The notes beneath the pieces are model-generated. The model ran no database searches. It saw only the letters and a program-made list of their open reading frames with translations, and was not told the DNA's origin. A stretch of 64,000 bases of DNA from Novakomyces olei (taxonomy: Eukaryota). Shown here one piece after another: positions 38,025 through 51,049 of the stretch (the stretch's first letter is position 1; each line of letters opens with the position of its first letter). The position numbers were made by a program, and so were the translations under genes. The stretch spans positions 248,001 to 312,000 of the forward strand of contig JADEYG010000007.1 in assembly GCA_016906335.1 (NCBI GenBank), read 5' to 3'.

Positions 38025-38129
38025 AAATGTTGCTCAGTCTGTAAATATACTATGCAGTATGTTTAATTGAAATTCGTATCGATAGCTCGCTCAAGTCCAT
38101 AAATTTTCCACAAATCTTGCTCACTAGAA

Positions 38130-38451
38130 CTATTTTCCGCGGGGTATTAGATTGTTTTGCTTCACTATTTTGCCTTTTAGCTTTGCCTCTTCGGCTGCTT
38201 TTGCCTCCGCCTCGGCCTTTCTCGCCTCTGCAGCACGCTGCTTCTCAAGCATAACTTTTGCATCCCTATTCCATGTCAGTAAAATTCATTGGAAGCAGTA
38301 ATTTGGTACTCTTCACGTCTTTTATGTGGGTCTCCAGACTTCTTTGGATGGTTCTTCTCTGCGCGCTTTTGCGCACGCAGACGATCCATCTCGCGTTGAT
38401 TACCGCCTATAACATTAGTTGATGCGCAACTAATTTTTACGTACGTGTCAT
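38130..38451 (-). CDS. SERF/4F5 family small EDRK-rich protein
   Basis: MTRGNQREMDRLRAQKRAEK...RREEDAKVMLEKQRAAEARK; two introns. Confidence 0.85.
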
Positions 38452-38909
38452 GCTTTTCAAGAGGATAAATTGTTTTTATCGTATCCGCCGTTCCCCACAC
38501 GAGCAAGCACAGTTTGGTGAATGTCGAGTCTCTGGTTCGATTCGAGGTTTGCAGCAATTGTTTAAATATAAATAAATCAGAGCATATCGTTATCTACTTC
38601 TATATATTAAATTAATTTATGGCATAGCCAAATGCCATTTCGAGACGTTTATAAATTCGATAGCCGTGAACCAGATCGCATGATAGGTCAGTGAGTTGGA
38701 CATTAGCAAACACTTCTATAATCGCAAATCGGCACGTCAAATTTTAAGATCAATTTTTACAACTACATCACGTTTGTATATATAAAACATTAATATCCAT
38801 GAGAAACGGCCAGGATCACATGACAGTCTAGACAGAGCCGACAGTATGAACTGGCATCCATATAAATCGAAAACAGCTGTGCAATCAAGTATCGCTTCAA
38901 CAACTCACC

Positions 38910-39479
38910 ATGAGCCACCCAACCGTGACCTTTTATTTGCTCAATGGCAACAGATTTCTTACTATTGCTTCGCTGTTTTGCGTTATCTCAAATGCGGTCT
39001 GTCTCATGATTGGAGCTTATCATGTAGAAGACAAACATATCTTCACGCTCATATGTCAAGCATTTTACATTATTTTTTCGTTTGGACTTATTTGCTCCGA
39101 ATCTGGTGTATTTATGAGCTTTTTTGATCGTCAGCTGCCGGGACTGGGTAATCACGCCAGCTTGATGACGACTTCTGCATGCCAAAGCTTCCTTGCAATT
39201 TCTATCCTACAATATTTGCACACGGATTTTCTGAGAATCAAAAAAGTGCAGCAATTCGTCATTGCAACTGCCGTGCTCTTAGCCTTCACCGCAATTACAA
39301 ATATAATTACGGTATGGCATCTAGCGAAAGCGTTAAAATTGCTAACTTGACAGTCGATAGTTCTGGGCACGCGCTTACGTGCTTTGCGTGACGGACGCGT
39401 TGATTTTCAATCGTCACGACCGATTGAAATTGTGCCGAAACCAATTACAGAATCGGCTCAGGCGTTGATTAATGCGTAA
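38910..39479 (+). CDS. Hypothetical 4-TM membrane protein
   Basis: Four hydrophobic segments (LLNGNRFL...LICSE...LPGLG); one intron about 39312-39352. Confidence 0.65.
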
Positions 39480-39523
39480 AGCCTTCCAAGGATTATATAT
39501 ACATCGAACGTTACAATTAAACA

Positions 39524-40134
39524 TCAGGATTTTTTATTTTGCCTTGATTCGTGTAATCCTGTGTAATAACCCGCGTAGTACCAGCTCATTAGTAGATTTT
39601 GCATCGTTTTATCTGCGTATTAGCAGTGCGAAAGCAATGAACAATGGAATCAAATAAAACATAATACAACGAATAAAAGTCAAAGACGTACCCTGAGGAA
39701 ATGGTAATGCTGGAGCGAAATCAGACTGAACATCAGAGTTTTGTGCAGCTGGAACTGCTGTCTCTAATGGAGCTTGAGAAATTTTGTCATTTTCTCCGTC
39801 ATCGTCGTCATTCGATTCATAATCTTGTACTGTTTCGTCTACTACAGCGATTGGCTCAGACATATTCCCCACTGTGTCGTGAAGTTTAGATCCTAATTCG
39901 TTGGTTGAGCTTTCTTTTATTGATACTTCGTTCGCTTTTTCCTCGGCTTCTAGACTGTGATATTTCTACACTTGAGCATAATTCGAAATCGCTTAGTATA
40001 CCTTGTATTCGTCCAGCGCCGAATCCCATGCCTCAATTAAAGAAGAGTCATCCTTGACATGAGCATTTTTACAATAATAATTGGTCGTGTCTTACCCAAA
40101 CCTGTTCTTTAGTCAGATACTCGCCTTCTTCCAT
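39524..40134 (-). CDS. SMN1: Survival motor neuron protein (no Tudor domain)
   Basis: Gemin2-binding VWDDSSLIEAWDSALDEYKKYHS and YG box LLMSWYYAGYYTGL; three introns. Confidence 0.92.
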
Positions 40135-40562
40135 AGCGTTGGCGTATTTAACTGACTAGCATGTACTATTTATTAATCGTTTACAGGATTCTCTTATGGT
40201 ACGGGGAGCATTTTTAATAATACAGCACTCTAAATTGTACATAATATTTAACAAACATATGGTCCTTGTAAGCCCAAAAAAAAATATTTTAAAAATTATA
40301 ATAATAATAAGAAAGGATAAGAAAACAAAAATTATTTGATTATGGAGAAATTAAAACCAAAAATGATAAATCAAAGTGCTAAAAGACTGTTGATGAAACC
40401 CAGACCAACTCTATGGATATCTCGAATACGCAACCCAATAGTAAAACTATAAAACTTGACAGCGCCAATCCTAGGCAAGCAAAAGGAGGGTTAGACCAAA
40501 GCAAGACGGTGAAAATATATGGCATAGCTTGAAACTGACCAAATCGACATCGATTCACCAAA

Positions 40563-41413
40563 TCAAAACTTGGGTCCACGAGATCTACCACTGTATTTTG
40601 ATTCGTGTCTGACAGCCTTCCCTCGTTTCCGAAGTACTTCCTTCTTATGCGTTATATATTCTTTGCGAGTCATATCCTGTTTTTTCTTTTTAAACGAATT
40701 AGAACGCGACGAATTCGTCTCTGACCGAGCAAGGACTACATTACTAAGAGACATACTGGCCTGTCCTCCAGCCTGTACAACAAGATAGTGCTTGCGTTGC
40801 CTTTTTGACTCGGGATCATCAACAACTACGCCACCACCAAAGCCACACCGCTTTACTGCATTCATAATCATTTCCATAGCAGTATCATTCTCGGGATAAA
40901 ATTGAAAGCAAGCCTTGCCTCCAGTGCGAAGCGAGGAGTATAGCGACTGGAAGAATCGCATAAGTCGAGCATGGGGACTGCTGTGAGCCGTATCAGCATT
41001 CAGAAGCCATTGCAACACAGAAATACTAATAGCCCCATCAAACGAGCCTGCACGAAAAGGGACACCGGCACCAATATCAGCTAGCATTAGGTCTCCCTCC
41101 ACTTCGCGTTCTAAACCAATTGCCAGCATGTGCGGTGAAATGTCCATTCCAATCCAAGAGTAGCCTTCTTGAGTGAGTATTTCGCCCGAGAGACCACTTC
41201 CACAGCCTATATCTAGAATAAACGATGCTTCTGGATTTTCCAATCCTAATAAATCGAGCGCTCGCAGTGTCATGCGTGCTTGAATTTCTTGTATACGTGA
41301 ATTGCTGGTATACTTTTGTGCTTCTGATTCATTGTAAAACTTTGATATTAGTCGTTGAAGTGCCTATAAATTCTTACGATTTCAGGCGGAGCCTGATGCT
41401 CGGGACGCGACAT
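40563..41413 (-). CDS. BUD23: 18S rRNA m7G methyltransferase Bud23
   Basis: MSRPEHQAPPEIFYN, LDIGCGSGLSG, GAISISVLQWL, SKYSGRSR; one intron. Confidence 0.97.
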
Positions 41414-41554
41414 GTTCAACCTTATCCTTTCGATGCTAAAAGCTGCCAACTAGAAATCATTATCATGATAAAATTTATTTAAATGTGAAGTATTTAGGGT
41501 TATGGTTGGTCACATAATATGAAAATGGTATCAAACAAAAACTATAATTTTCTC

Positions 41555-41571
41555 TTAGGGTTAGTTAGGGT
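41555..41571 (+). promoter_or_regulatory. Telomere-like element TTAGGGTTAGTTAGGGT in the BUD23/PPT2 divergent promoter
   Basis: Same core as 36068; an additional TTAGGGTTA at about 41494. Confidence 0.6.
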
Positions 41572-41790
41572 CCAAAGATCGCACATAAAATTATTCTAAT
41601 AGCCATCATTATTTTCACAACAGAATGTGAATGATTTATGAAGCAGAGCTATTCAATCTACTCTCAGCCTTAACACATATATCTTTTTTTGAATGTGAAA
41701 CGTAAACAGTATAGGCTGCATTTAAATGATAGATCATCATGGACAATAAATGTATGGCTGTTAAACTCCACGAGAAATGACAATTTGCCC

Positions 41791-42277
41791 ATGTCGAGCC
41801 GATTTGCGGTGGGCACAGACGTGTTCTATTTACCGCGACTATTGAAAGCCTCTAGGCGCAGTCCGATTTTCTTTGAACGCCTTGCAAACCGAATTTGTTC
41901 GGAAAGGGAGCTTTCAATATATTCCAAAGAATGTCCTATAGAGAATAGCGGTGCCACCTTGCAGAGACAAAAGTGGCTAGGCACAAGGTAGGAAATGAAA
42001 AGTCTATACGTTGCTGAATTTTAGATGGGCTGCGAAGGAAGCAGTCTACAAGGTGTTATCGCAATTTAGACCTCATGAGCGCTTCGACTTTAAGGATATA
42101 GAGCTTTTGAAAGCAGCCAACGGTAGGGCCACACTGTACCTTGAAATATCCTGACAGATAGGGCGGCCTTATGTACAGTACCGTGCACTGTGGTTCGCGG
42201 CAAAGTACGATATAGACTTATCTATCTCCCACGATGGAGACTATGTGATGGCTGTTGCGATGGCTTTGCAACGATGA
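41791..42277 (+). CDS. PPT2: AcpS-type phosphopantetheinyl transferase (mitochondrial holo-ACP synthase)
   Basis: VGTDVFYLPR, RWAAKEAVYK, NGRP, LSISHDGDYVMA; two introns. Confidence 0.88.
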
Positions 42278-42946
42278 CTTTGCGGAACGGATTTGCTTCC
42301 GATGCTAGGCTGAATTGTATGTAGTTCAAAAACAAAACAGAAATCTAAAAATAATGTAGATGAACAATTTAGAATAGCAAACGAGGATGTTTGAATTAAA
42401 TTGCACTAATCACGAAGAAACTCGTTTCCTCGTATATTGCTTCATATATCAATCCCCAAAAGGTTGCAAATTCAATGTACGCGCTAGCGAAAAAGGCCGA
42501 AATTAGATTAATCACGGTCTTGCGCCTCCAAATTGGTAGGGAGCTCGCTCTAATTTTTTCTAGGCAAACAAATTGACTCCGAAGAACGTAGTGCGTTAGC
42601 GGTGACAACGGAGCTTCGATAGTGCCATTCAGTCAGAACAAAAAAAGCAACTTGAGCTTAGACAAGAATTTAAGCGTAAGCAGACTTCAACGTCCTGGAA
42701 ATTCTGCTTGTGCTCAATTTCTTGTTCATTGGCGAAAACAGTTTTGTCAGCTGGCCAACACATTATTAATGCTCGTCAGAAAATATACAATTCTTGCAAT
42801 ATAATTTATTCTTTTTTAAAATTTATTGTTACCCAATCGCCAGTAATTTTGTGTGCCGAGATATGAATATCCAGATAAAGCGCAGTTTCGTCTGGGGTCA
42901 TTCATTGGCAAAAGAGATGTTAAACTGTCCTTCCAACGACAAATAA

Positions 42947-44409
42947 ATGGCAGGTCTATATGATGTGTTTGATCAAAAAGCACAAGAAAGTTCCGGTGCT
43001 TCCACAACTGGAAACCTGAACAATAGACATACAAATGGGAGTGAAATCCAAGGCACCATTCGATCGGGTAAGCAGGCCTATTAATCAAAGTTTAAGATTG
43101 GATTTGTTAACAATGCAAAGAGGCCCTGCGATTTGTACCAAACAAACGGCCGCGGCCTGGCAATTTTTCGCCGGCTTCAGCTGTAAGCAAAAAATTAGGA
43201 AACATTTCGAATCAAGCACCGCCAACGGGGGCAATTTCTGAGCGGCCTTGGGCAAAATCAAGTTTACAAGATTGGACAAGTGCTGCTGGAGAAGAAGATG
43301 TGAATGGGTTCTACGACACTGTGGAGGGGAGGAAACAGGAAATGAAAGAGCGAAAAAAGATAAAAAAGCGGCAAAAACGAATCGAAGAGGGCCTTGAAAT
43401 GCCTTCGTGGGACGATGAGTACGATCCCACTCGGCCTAATGAATTTGAGCATTATAAGGAGAGTGAAGAGAGTATTCAAGAGAGTGTCGAATGGGAGCAG
43501 CATCTTGAAGAATTGGAAGAGAGGGGAACCAGACGGAGTATGCCTCAAGCTCCGTCTCAATCTGCCCCTCCCAGGTTTTTCGCTCCTCCCCCAGAAGAGG
43601 AGTTTAAGGCAGACAGAGAACTCGTACCGCCACTGCCCTCAGAAATACCGATAGATATGCCTCACAATTCATCACAGTATGATTCTGTTGAGCCTGAAAT
43701 TAAGTATCATAATGCTGGTGCGCCTCTGTTTGATTCTTTGTCAAACACATCGACCACGAATCAATCTACATTCATAGCTGAGCCTGTACGTTATACTAAA
43801 GACTTAGAGGAAGTCGCGGTTGATGGAAGTCCTGGTCTTGCAAGCAGGTTGTCTTCGAAAAAGGGATTCGGTCAACGTGCAATGGCACTATACGGATGGC
43901 AGCTTGGGGAAGGATTAGGTCGCAAAGGTAATGAGGGCATAATTAAACCAATCATTATGAAATCCTCCAAGGATAAGCGTGGCGAAGGGAAGATAATTGA
44001 TAGGAATCCCGAGCGGGAAAACACCGGCAAATTTGGCAAAATGAGTAGCATTATATTTTTAACAAATGTTGTTCATGAAGAAGAGGTTGATGACCCTTTG
44101 GCGCAAGAAATTGGCGATGAATGTAGAGAAAAGGTGAGGAAAAGGAAACACTATTTCAATGCGGTTACTAATTCCTAGTACGGCTCGGTAGAACGGTGTT
44201 TTGTTGCTTATGCGGCCGATGCAGACTACAAAGCCGAAATAAATGATGCGGTTCGGGTAATCGTCAAATTTCGCGACGGCATTAGCGCTTTGCGAGCAGT
44301 AAATGGGCTCGATGGCCGTCTATTCGCAGGCCGAAATGTACAGGCTAAATTTTTAAGCGAAGAGGATTATGAAAAAGGCAATTACTGGCAGCAGAAACAG
44401 TTTAAATAA
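42947..44409 (+). CDS. Splicing factor SPF45/RBM17-like (G-patch + UHM)
   Basis: MAGLYD exon, DEYDPTRPNEFE, G-patch (YGWQLGEGLG..EGIIKP), UHM (EIGDECREKYGSVER...LDGRLFAGR); two introns. Confidence 0.88.
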
Positions 44410-44549
44410 GCATGATGCAAAATAGCTAGATTACCGCAAGTTTTTGGAATATTGCTAGATGTATTTATTCATCTGTTTATTCGATTTTCCTTCTTTTTTT
44501 CATTCAATTCATTATATGCTTTGGTAAGTTTTCGCCTACAATACAATTC

Positions 44550-45514
44550 TCAAGTCATCCGCCTGTCTCTTCGGTTTGCTCGCGCACACAGAGGACAGTA
44601 CCATTTTCCTTCCGGGACAGTGCTCAAATTTACGCACTGTAAATGAAACCATTCTTTTGGACACTAAAAGCTGCTCAGTTTAAACCTTCAATAAAAATCG
44701 ACTTACATTTTCGTTGTCGCAAGCAACCATTTCGCCGTATGACACGTCGTTACAAATGCAATACAATTGCTCGTCTTCGTCTTGGACAGAAGACTCATCT
44801 GCTGAAGCTGTAGCAGATTTTCGGGACCGTTTTTGTTGTGGCAAGTGCACTTTTTGTTCAAGGGCCGCAGCGTCCAGCGCTGCAGCGTTTTGCGACTCCT
44901 CATCTTCAAGTCGGCCAATTTCTTTTGCCAGCGATTCCGATCGGCTGTCAATCTAGAGATCAGCGATCGGTTTGCGCATGTATATAATTTAATGAAAATA
45001 GTGTTTAAAAATATATACGACTTACCCAAGACAAAACGCAGTCCGCCTCTGCCAGAGTCTCCTTACGGTCCCAAAGCGAATTCGCCAAAAGCTTCAATAT
45101 ATCTTTACGTAACTGTCGCGCTGTGGCTGCATCCTGGCATTGGCCAAGAGTAAGCGTGAGCGAATCTAATTGTGCGCTTTGATCTATGATTAGAGCAGTG
45201 TGAAACATATACGAACCCTCATATTCCTTGTTGTATTTGGCGATAAACAAGAGCGACCGCCGTAATTCGTGTACACAAGAAGTGACTTTAGTCATTAGTA
45301 GATGATCATTATTCTTTGGCGTACAGTCTGAAAAATATGCAAGCACAGACCTCGCCTCGTCCTCCCAGTCAGAGTTCAAGCTCGCTGCATCTTCGTGCTC
45401 ATGCTGTGTCTCGTCTGTTGCGCTTCGCGTCTCCAAATCATCTGCTCCATTTACGACCAACGGACCCGCTTGCAAAACCGGCACGTTGGCTCTCGCGTAA
45501 CCATTAACGCGCAT
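44550..45514 (-). CDS. ING-family PHD finger protein
   Basis: [30 protein letters not shown]...GKWYCPLC; N-terminal helical region; start uncertain. Confidence 0.8.
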
Positions 45515-45682
45515 TTTTATTGACCCATTTCTGAATCAGAGGGGCGCCTTTTTCTCGAATATCTTCTGTTCTCTCCCACGTTTCAGCGTTTTGTGTCGAT
45601 CCTTATCGTTGTTTATGAAATCAGTTGCATGTGTAGTAGTTGTCCTCATTTGATCCTCGAATAATTCGCAATTAAACCAAAG

Positions 45683-45706
45683 CCTAACCCTAATCCTAAC
45701 CCTAAT
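45683..45706 (-). promoter_or_regulatory. Telomere-like element CCTAACCCTAATCCTAACCCTAA in the ING/RAD5 divergent promoter
   Basis: About four TTAGGG/TTAGGA units on the minus strand; another AACCCTAA at 45793. Confidence 0.6.
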
Positions 45707-45914
45707 CAAATTTTAATAATAATATTATTATTATGATAATTTCGGGATAACGTTATATGATTTGCCAGGCTACCACTATGAATAATAATATTAACCCTAA
45801 AACCTGCTACGACGCGTCCATGCACGTTAATTATTTCGTTGATTATTTATAATTCATACATAATTCATATATACAAAGCCCGGCAACGGCACTTTTGCGG
45901 TTCACCTTGACATA

Positions 45915-48900
45915 ATGTCACAATCGCCAAAGCGGAGGCGGTTCTTCAAATCCAGTGATGAGCTGGAAGAAGAGCGTGCTCTCACTCGGGCGTCGGAGCA
46001 GAAAGAGCAATTTACTGTCTCGCTTAAAGCAGTTTTAGGTGAAGAAACTGCTAGCACCATTGACATTAGAGACTTGTGCAAGCAAGCTTCATGCAACGTT
46101 GAGCGAGCGCTCAATTTATACTATGACGGCTCGTTTGCCAAAATTAAGCCCGCTAAAGGCTGCGACGTGGATCTGTCAAAGACTCGGGTCGCGGGAAAGC
46201 AGAACACTCAAGTTTTGTTGAATACAGATGAGGTGCATAGCGCGACAGACAGTACGGACGCTCAACGTAAACCTGACCACCCCACTCGGGCAAAGTCGAG
46301 GAAGCTCCAGGAAAGTTGGTCAGAACGATGTATCGGCTCGTTTGGAGTAGAAGCCTGGATTACGACCTCTGTTCCTGGGGGCATTTGCGCTGGAAGTAAA
46401 GTGCATATAGTCCGACAAAAATCGACAAAGTCCGACGATAAACCTGGAAAGACCAAGCAAATGCGAATGAACGATTTAGTGGGTAAAAAGAGCGTGCTTC
46501 AGCCAAGTAATACGATTGGAGCGGCTGCTCGTTCAAAAGCGACAAAGATAAATTCAGTTGTGCGGTTTAGTGCCGAAAACGGAGCTGAGATTGGCCGTTT
46601 CCCAAATGACGTGTCTTCACATATGGCAGTAATGATAGATGCTGGTATTCTTTCTTTCAGGGCAAGTGTTATTTATGCCCCTAAAGTGTTAAAAACGGGC
46701 CGTACTGTTTTGCTGCAAGTCAAATGTTACCTTCGTCGATCGGGGTGTGCTTCCAAGAGCATGAGCTTGGATGATCTGACTCCACGAAGTCTGTTTGATG
46801 CTGGCGAAACTGCCGAGGAACAGGTCTTGAGGCTGCGACGTTTAGCTGTTATTGTGCTTTTCTCCCGTATGGGACTTCGGCCCAAAACTCCTAGTGCTCG
46901 AGCAGGTCGAAGCTTCGAGCTTGAAGATGTTTTACATATGGCCGAGCATGATCTGAATGGAACCGATCCTGTGGACAAGCGTGGCGGCGACAATTCACCG
47001 CCTGATGAGGATCCAGAGGCGGTTCCGGATGAAGAAGGCGTTATAGTCGAAAATGACCAGCTTAAAGCTTTGTATAACAGGGTTCAGGCTTACGATGCAG
47101 ATGCACCAGAAATGGATCCAAGTCCTACCATGACTCTGAGTATGCGAAAATACCAAAAGCAAGCGCTTTACTGGCTCAAAAGAAAGGAACAAATCGACGT
47201 AGATCAAGACAAGACTTGTAATTCAATGCACCCATTATGGGAAGCATATGAGTTTTCAAAGGAAGACGATTCTGAACCTCAAAAGCCTTCCTCGCCATTT
47301 ACTGACTCATTGAACGCTGACGAGTTTTATTTCAATCCTTACTCTGGCGAGCTAAGTCTGAACTTCCCCAAGGGCCAGGAGACTATGCGCGGGGGGCTGC
47401 TGGCTGATGAGATGGGCCTTGGTAAAACTATTGAAATGCTCAGCTTGATTCATACTGTACGGCAGCCACAACAGGCTGACACAAATGGTACTGCTACCTT
47501 TGGCATTACACCAGCTGCGGCCAAGTCAAAGTATTGCAAGACGACTCTCGTAGTTGCGCCAGTCAGTTTGATTGGTCAGTGGCAGTCAGAGGCAGCAAAA
47601 GTGTCAAGGCCAGGAAGTTTAAACGTCGTACTCTACCATGGCACAGAAAGAAACATTGATCTCGAGGCACTTTGCCATGGCGCTGGCAGTGCGATTGCCC
47701 CAGATATCATTATTACGAGCTATGGGAGTGTGATGAGCGAATATGCCTCATACAAGAGCAGCTCAAAGCAACCATCTGGGCTATTTAACGTTTGTTTTTT
47801 TCGAGTTATTCTGGACGAAGCACATAATATAAAGAATCGATTGAGCAAGACCGCTCGTGCCTGCTACGCTTTAGAGGCTGAGCGGCGATGGGTACTGACG
47901 GGGACACCAATTGTGAATAAGCTCGAAGACTTGTACAGTCTTGTCCACTTCCTACGCATTGAGCCTTGGGGCCATTATGCTTTCTGGAGGACGTTTATAA
48001 CAATTCCCTTTGAGAATAAAGATATATTACGTGCTCTTGATGTCGTTCAATCTGTGCTTGAGCCTATAGCGCTGAGAAGAACAAAAGACATGACGGATAA
48101 AGAAGGCAATTCTATAGTTGTCCTGCCCCCAAAGACAATTACCGTTGAATCGATTGAATTCTCGGAACAAGAGCGGGACATTTACAATGTTGTCTACGCT
48201 CGGGCCAGGCAGACGTACGATACAAGTGCAGCGTCTGGCTCCGTTCTAAAAAACTACACAAAGATTTTGACTCAGCTTTTGCGTTTACGACAGGTTTGCT
48301 GTCATCCCTCGCTGGTTAAAAAAGCATCGCCCGGTGACATCATCGATGAGGCCAACGATGTGGCTGATGTAGATGGCACAGTGGGCAATATTGCGGAAGA
48401 TGCCGATCTAAATTCACTGATTGACAAGTTTTCTAATGCTGAGGATGGTGGAGTGGAGAACGCCGCCAAGTTTGGGACATTGGTCATGGACCAAATAATC
48501 AAGGAAGCAGAAAACGAGTGTCCATTGTGTCTCGATACAATTGAAGAGGAATCCGTTGCTTCCTGCTGGCACATGGCGTGTAAAAAATGTTTTATGGAGA
48601 CGATAGAGTATGCTCATAAAAAAGGCAAAAGTGCCATGTGTCCAACTTGTCGTAAGCCCATATCGAAAAGCGAAATCTTCGACGTTGTCCGCCAGTGCAC
48701 CACCGACATTACAGGTGAGAAAAGGCAGCAAGTATTTTTACGAAGGAATCAGGCTCATCAGTCGTCCAAAGTATCGGCGTTGCTCCAACATCTACGGAAT
48801 TTGTTTAGGCTCAAGGCCGAGAATAAAGCGGTTGTTTTCACACAATTTACTTCATTTATAACTCTAATCGAAGCTGAACTCAAGCGGCAGCGAATAGCCT

Positions 48901-49277
48901 TTCTCCGTTTTGATGGCTCACTGACCCAGACCCAAAGGGTCTCGATTCTCGAGCAGTTTTCCGTACCGGGCAAGCAATGTGTGCTGTTGATTTCGCTCAA
49001 AGCCGGAGGCGTTGGCCTCAACCTGACGTCTGCTGCCCATGTTTATATTCTGGATCCCTGGTGGTCGTTTAGCGTTGAGGCTCAGGCAATCGATAGAATC
49101 CACCGGCTGGGTCAAACACAGCCTGTTTCAGTAACACGGTTTATTGTTCGCAATTCTGTAGAGGAGAAAATGCTCAAGGTTCAAGAGCGCAAGAATTTCA
49201 TTGCTTCTTCTATCGGTCTAAGCAAGGAAGAAAAACGCAAAGAAAGTCTCCAAGATATTCAAACATTGTTTGAATAG
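45915..49277 (+). CDS. RAD5: Rad5 (HIRAN + SNF2 helicase + RING) post-replication repair protein
   Basis: HIRAN (VVRF...EIGRFP), YFNPYSGELSL, GGLLADEMGLGKT, DEAH, RING CPLC..CWHMACKKC..CPTC; intronless. Confidence 0.95.
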   Translation: MSQSPKRRRFFKSSDELEEERALTRASEQKEQFTVSLKAVLGEETASTIDIRDLCKQASCNVERALNLYYDGSFAKIKPAKGCDVDLSKTRVAGKQNTQVLLNTDEVHSATDSTDAQRKPDHPTRAKSRKLQESWSERCIGSFGVEAWITTSVPGGICAGSKVHIVRQKSTKSDDKPGKTKQMRMNDLVGKKSVLQPSNTIGAAARSKATKINSVVRFSAENGAEIGRFPNDVSSHMAVMIDAGILSFRASVIYAPKVLKTGRTVLLQVKCYLRRSGCASKSMSLDDLTPRSLFDAGETAEEQVLRLRRLAVIVLFSRMGLRPKTPSARAGRSFELEDVLHMAEHDLNGTDPVDKRGGDNSPPDEDPEAVPDEEGVIVENDQLKALYNRVQAYDADAPEMDPSPTMTLSMRKYQKQALYWLKRKEQIDVDQDKTCNSMHPLWEAYEFSKEDDSEPQKPSSPFTDSLNADEFYFNPYSGELSLNFPKGQETMRGGLLADEMGLGKTIEMLSLIHTVRQPQQADTNGTATFGITPAAAKSKYCKTTLVVAPVSLIGQWQSEAAKVSRPGSLNVVLYHGTERNIDLEALCHGAGSAIAPDIIITSYGSVMSEYASYKSSSKQPSGLFNVCFFRVILDEAHNIKNRLSKTARACYALEAERRWVLTGTPIVNKLEDLYSLVHFLRIEPWGHYAFWRTFITIPFENKDILRALDVVQSVLEPIALRRTKDMTDKEGNSIVVLPPKTITVESIEFSEQERDIYNVVYARARQTYDTSAASGSVLKNYTKILTQLLRLRQVCCHPSLVKKASPGDIIDEANDVADVDGTVGNIAEDADLNSLIDKFSNAEDGGVENAAKFGTLVMDQIIKEAENECPLCLDTIEEESVASCWHMACKKCFMETIEYAHKKGKSAMCPTCRKPISKSEIFDVVRQCTTDITGEKRQQVFLRRNQAHQSSKVSALLQHLRNLFRLKAENKAVVFTQFTSFITLIEAELKRQRIAFLRFDGSLTQTQRVSILEQFSVPGKQCVLLISLKAGGVGLNLTSAAHVYILDPWWSFSVEAQAIDRIHRLGQTQPVSVTRFIVRNSVEEKMLKVQERKNFIASSIGLSKEEKRKESLQDIQTLFE

Positions 49278-49617
49278 ACGGTGATACGGGGAGTTTGTAT
49301 ATTATTTTGTACATATCCTTTCTAATGAAAAAATGATTTCTGTAAACGCTAGATCTGGGGACATAAAGTCTCTGTAAAAGTAGCCAATTCTTTTTTCCAT
49401 TCATATATTTATAATTATTTATAATTATTTATAATCGTTTATGGTTATTTATAATATTTTTGTTAAAATTTTGTTGTTACGTTTTGTTCAATTCAATTCT
49501 GCTTTGAGTTTCGTCGTCATTTCGTAATAACCTCCTCTAATCCTCCAATATTTGACCGGGTAGAAACTTCACCCTCTGCTACTTCTGATGTAATTCAAAA
49601 ACATTTTTATTTTCACT

Positions 49618-50946
49618 CTACTCAAACCGCCTACGCTTGTAGTTATCCTGTGAAGCGTACTCGTCACGTCGAGACCTATAATCGCTACGAATCTCTCGAC
49701 GAGGATCTCCATGACTTCCAGGATCCTTGGATTGTGGAGCGGAAGAAGTGTACCCAATACCAGCACCACGAGGCCGGTTACTGCGATCAGAATCAATACT
49801 GTCTTGTGCTCTTCGATCAAACGGCCGACTATTGCCTCCACGATCAAACCTGTCGCTTCTGTCGAACGATCTCTCTCCTCGATCAAATCTGTCCCGACGG
49901 TCTCCGTGATCGCGTCTGTCTCCTCCTCGGTCCCGAGAATTGAAGCCTTCTCGAGGCCCGCGATTATGGCCAGGTCTGTCAGAGGATCGACCGCCTTGCC
50001 GGCCGCCGCCTGAGCGGTCCGACCTTCCTCCTCCGCCTCCACGTGCAAGCGGCTTTCTGGAAGATTCTTGAGTATAATGCCGGCCGCCTAAACCTCCGCC
50101 AAACCGACGGGGTTTCCAGTTCTTGGCGGTACGTCCACGCTCAACATCGACGATAATACGTCTGTCCTTGATACGCAGACCGTCAGTGGCCTTGTAAGCA
50201 TCTAGACGTTAGATGCATGGAACAAGAACGAATCAAATTTGGCATTGGACAAGAAATAAAATAAACATAAATAAATAAATATAAAATTAGATTAAATTAA
50301 ATTAATATAAATACAAATATAAATACAAATTCGAAAACGTTCGACGTATTTCAACCATGGTCTAATTCTTACCCTTCATATCTCGCTCGTGCCGGTAAGC
50401 GATAAAGGCATAACCACGAGGCTTACCGGTTGTTTCGCTCCTTACAATACGAATCTAATAATTAGCGCTTGAACAAATGTACGCCTATAAATACCCCATC
50501 CAACGAGCCATAGCGCGAAAATTCCTGTTCTAGATCAGCTTCAGTCGCATCATAGCTCAATCGACCGATGAACAAAGTCTTGAATGGATCTCCAAACGTT
50601 TTCGGGTCACGTCGAGGATTCCCTGGAGAATTAGCTCTGTATGATACATTGAGATAATTGAAACATAAAAAAGCAATTTAAATCCCATACATTGTTGCAC
50701 TGCCTTTGCAACTTCTTGGTTATGCCGTTCCCGTTTACGCTGTTTCCGTTCCTCTCGTTGTTCCTCAGCCGTCAGCGTTGGCTTGTAGTCTGGATCATAG
50801 TCCTTTAATGATTGGACTAAACCGCCGACACCCGTGATATTAGCTGTATGCCTATCTTCGGGAGCATGGTCGAGCGGTTTGTAATAGCGCAGAATTGGCC
50901 GCGGCTTGAATAGCGCTAAAAGCGCAGGCGGCAATTTGTCTGTCAT
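49618..50946 (-). CDS. SNP1: U1 snRNP 70K
   Basis: [60 protein letters not shown]-rich tail; three introns. Confidence 0.95.
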
Positions 50947-51049
50947 TGATCAAGAGGGCCTCCCTGTTTATGAAGGCATGCCAAATATACAGTATATTTT
51001 CGATATTAATATACAAAGTTAAAAGTGTATTGAAAATTCCACTTGATTG

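Noticed and set aside
41791-42277. Functional link between PPT2 and the ACP-like NDUFB8 domain as a gene cluster
   Set aside because: 27 kb apart with many unrelated genes in between, and the DSL motif is degenerate.
42280-42940. Unexplained 660-nt spacer between PPT2 and SPF45-like (ncRNA or small gene?)
   Set aside because: No snRNA, snoRNA or RNase P motif recognised; candidate spliced ORFs need an implausible 28-nt intron or weak sites. An Rfam scan would settle it.
49569-50048. 159-aa ORF in the U1-70K region
   Set aside because: Alternative frame of the RD/RG-rich last exon of U1-70K.
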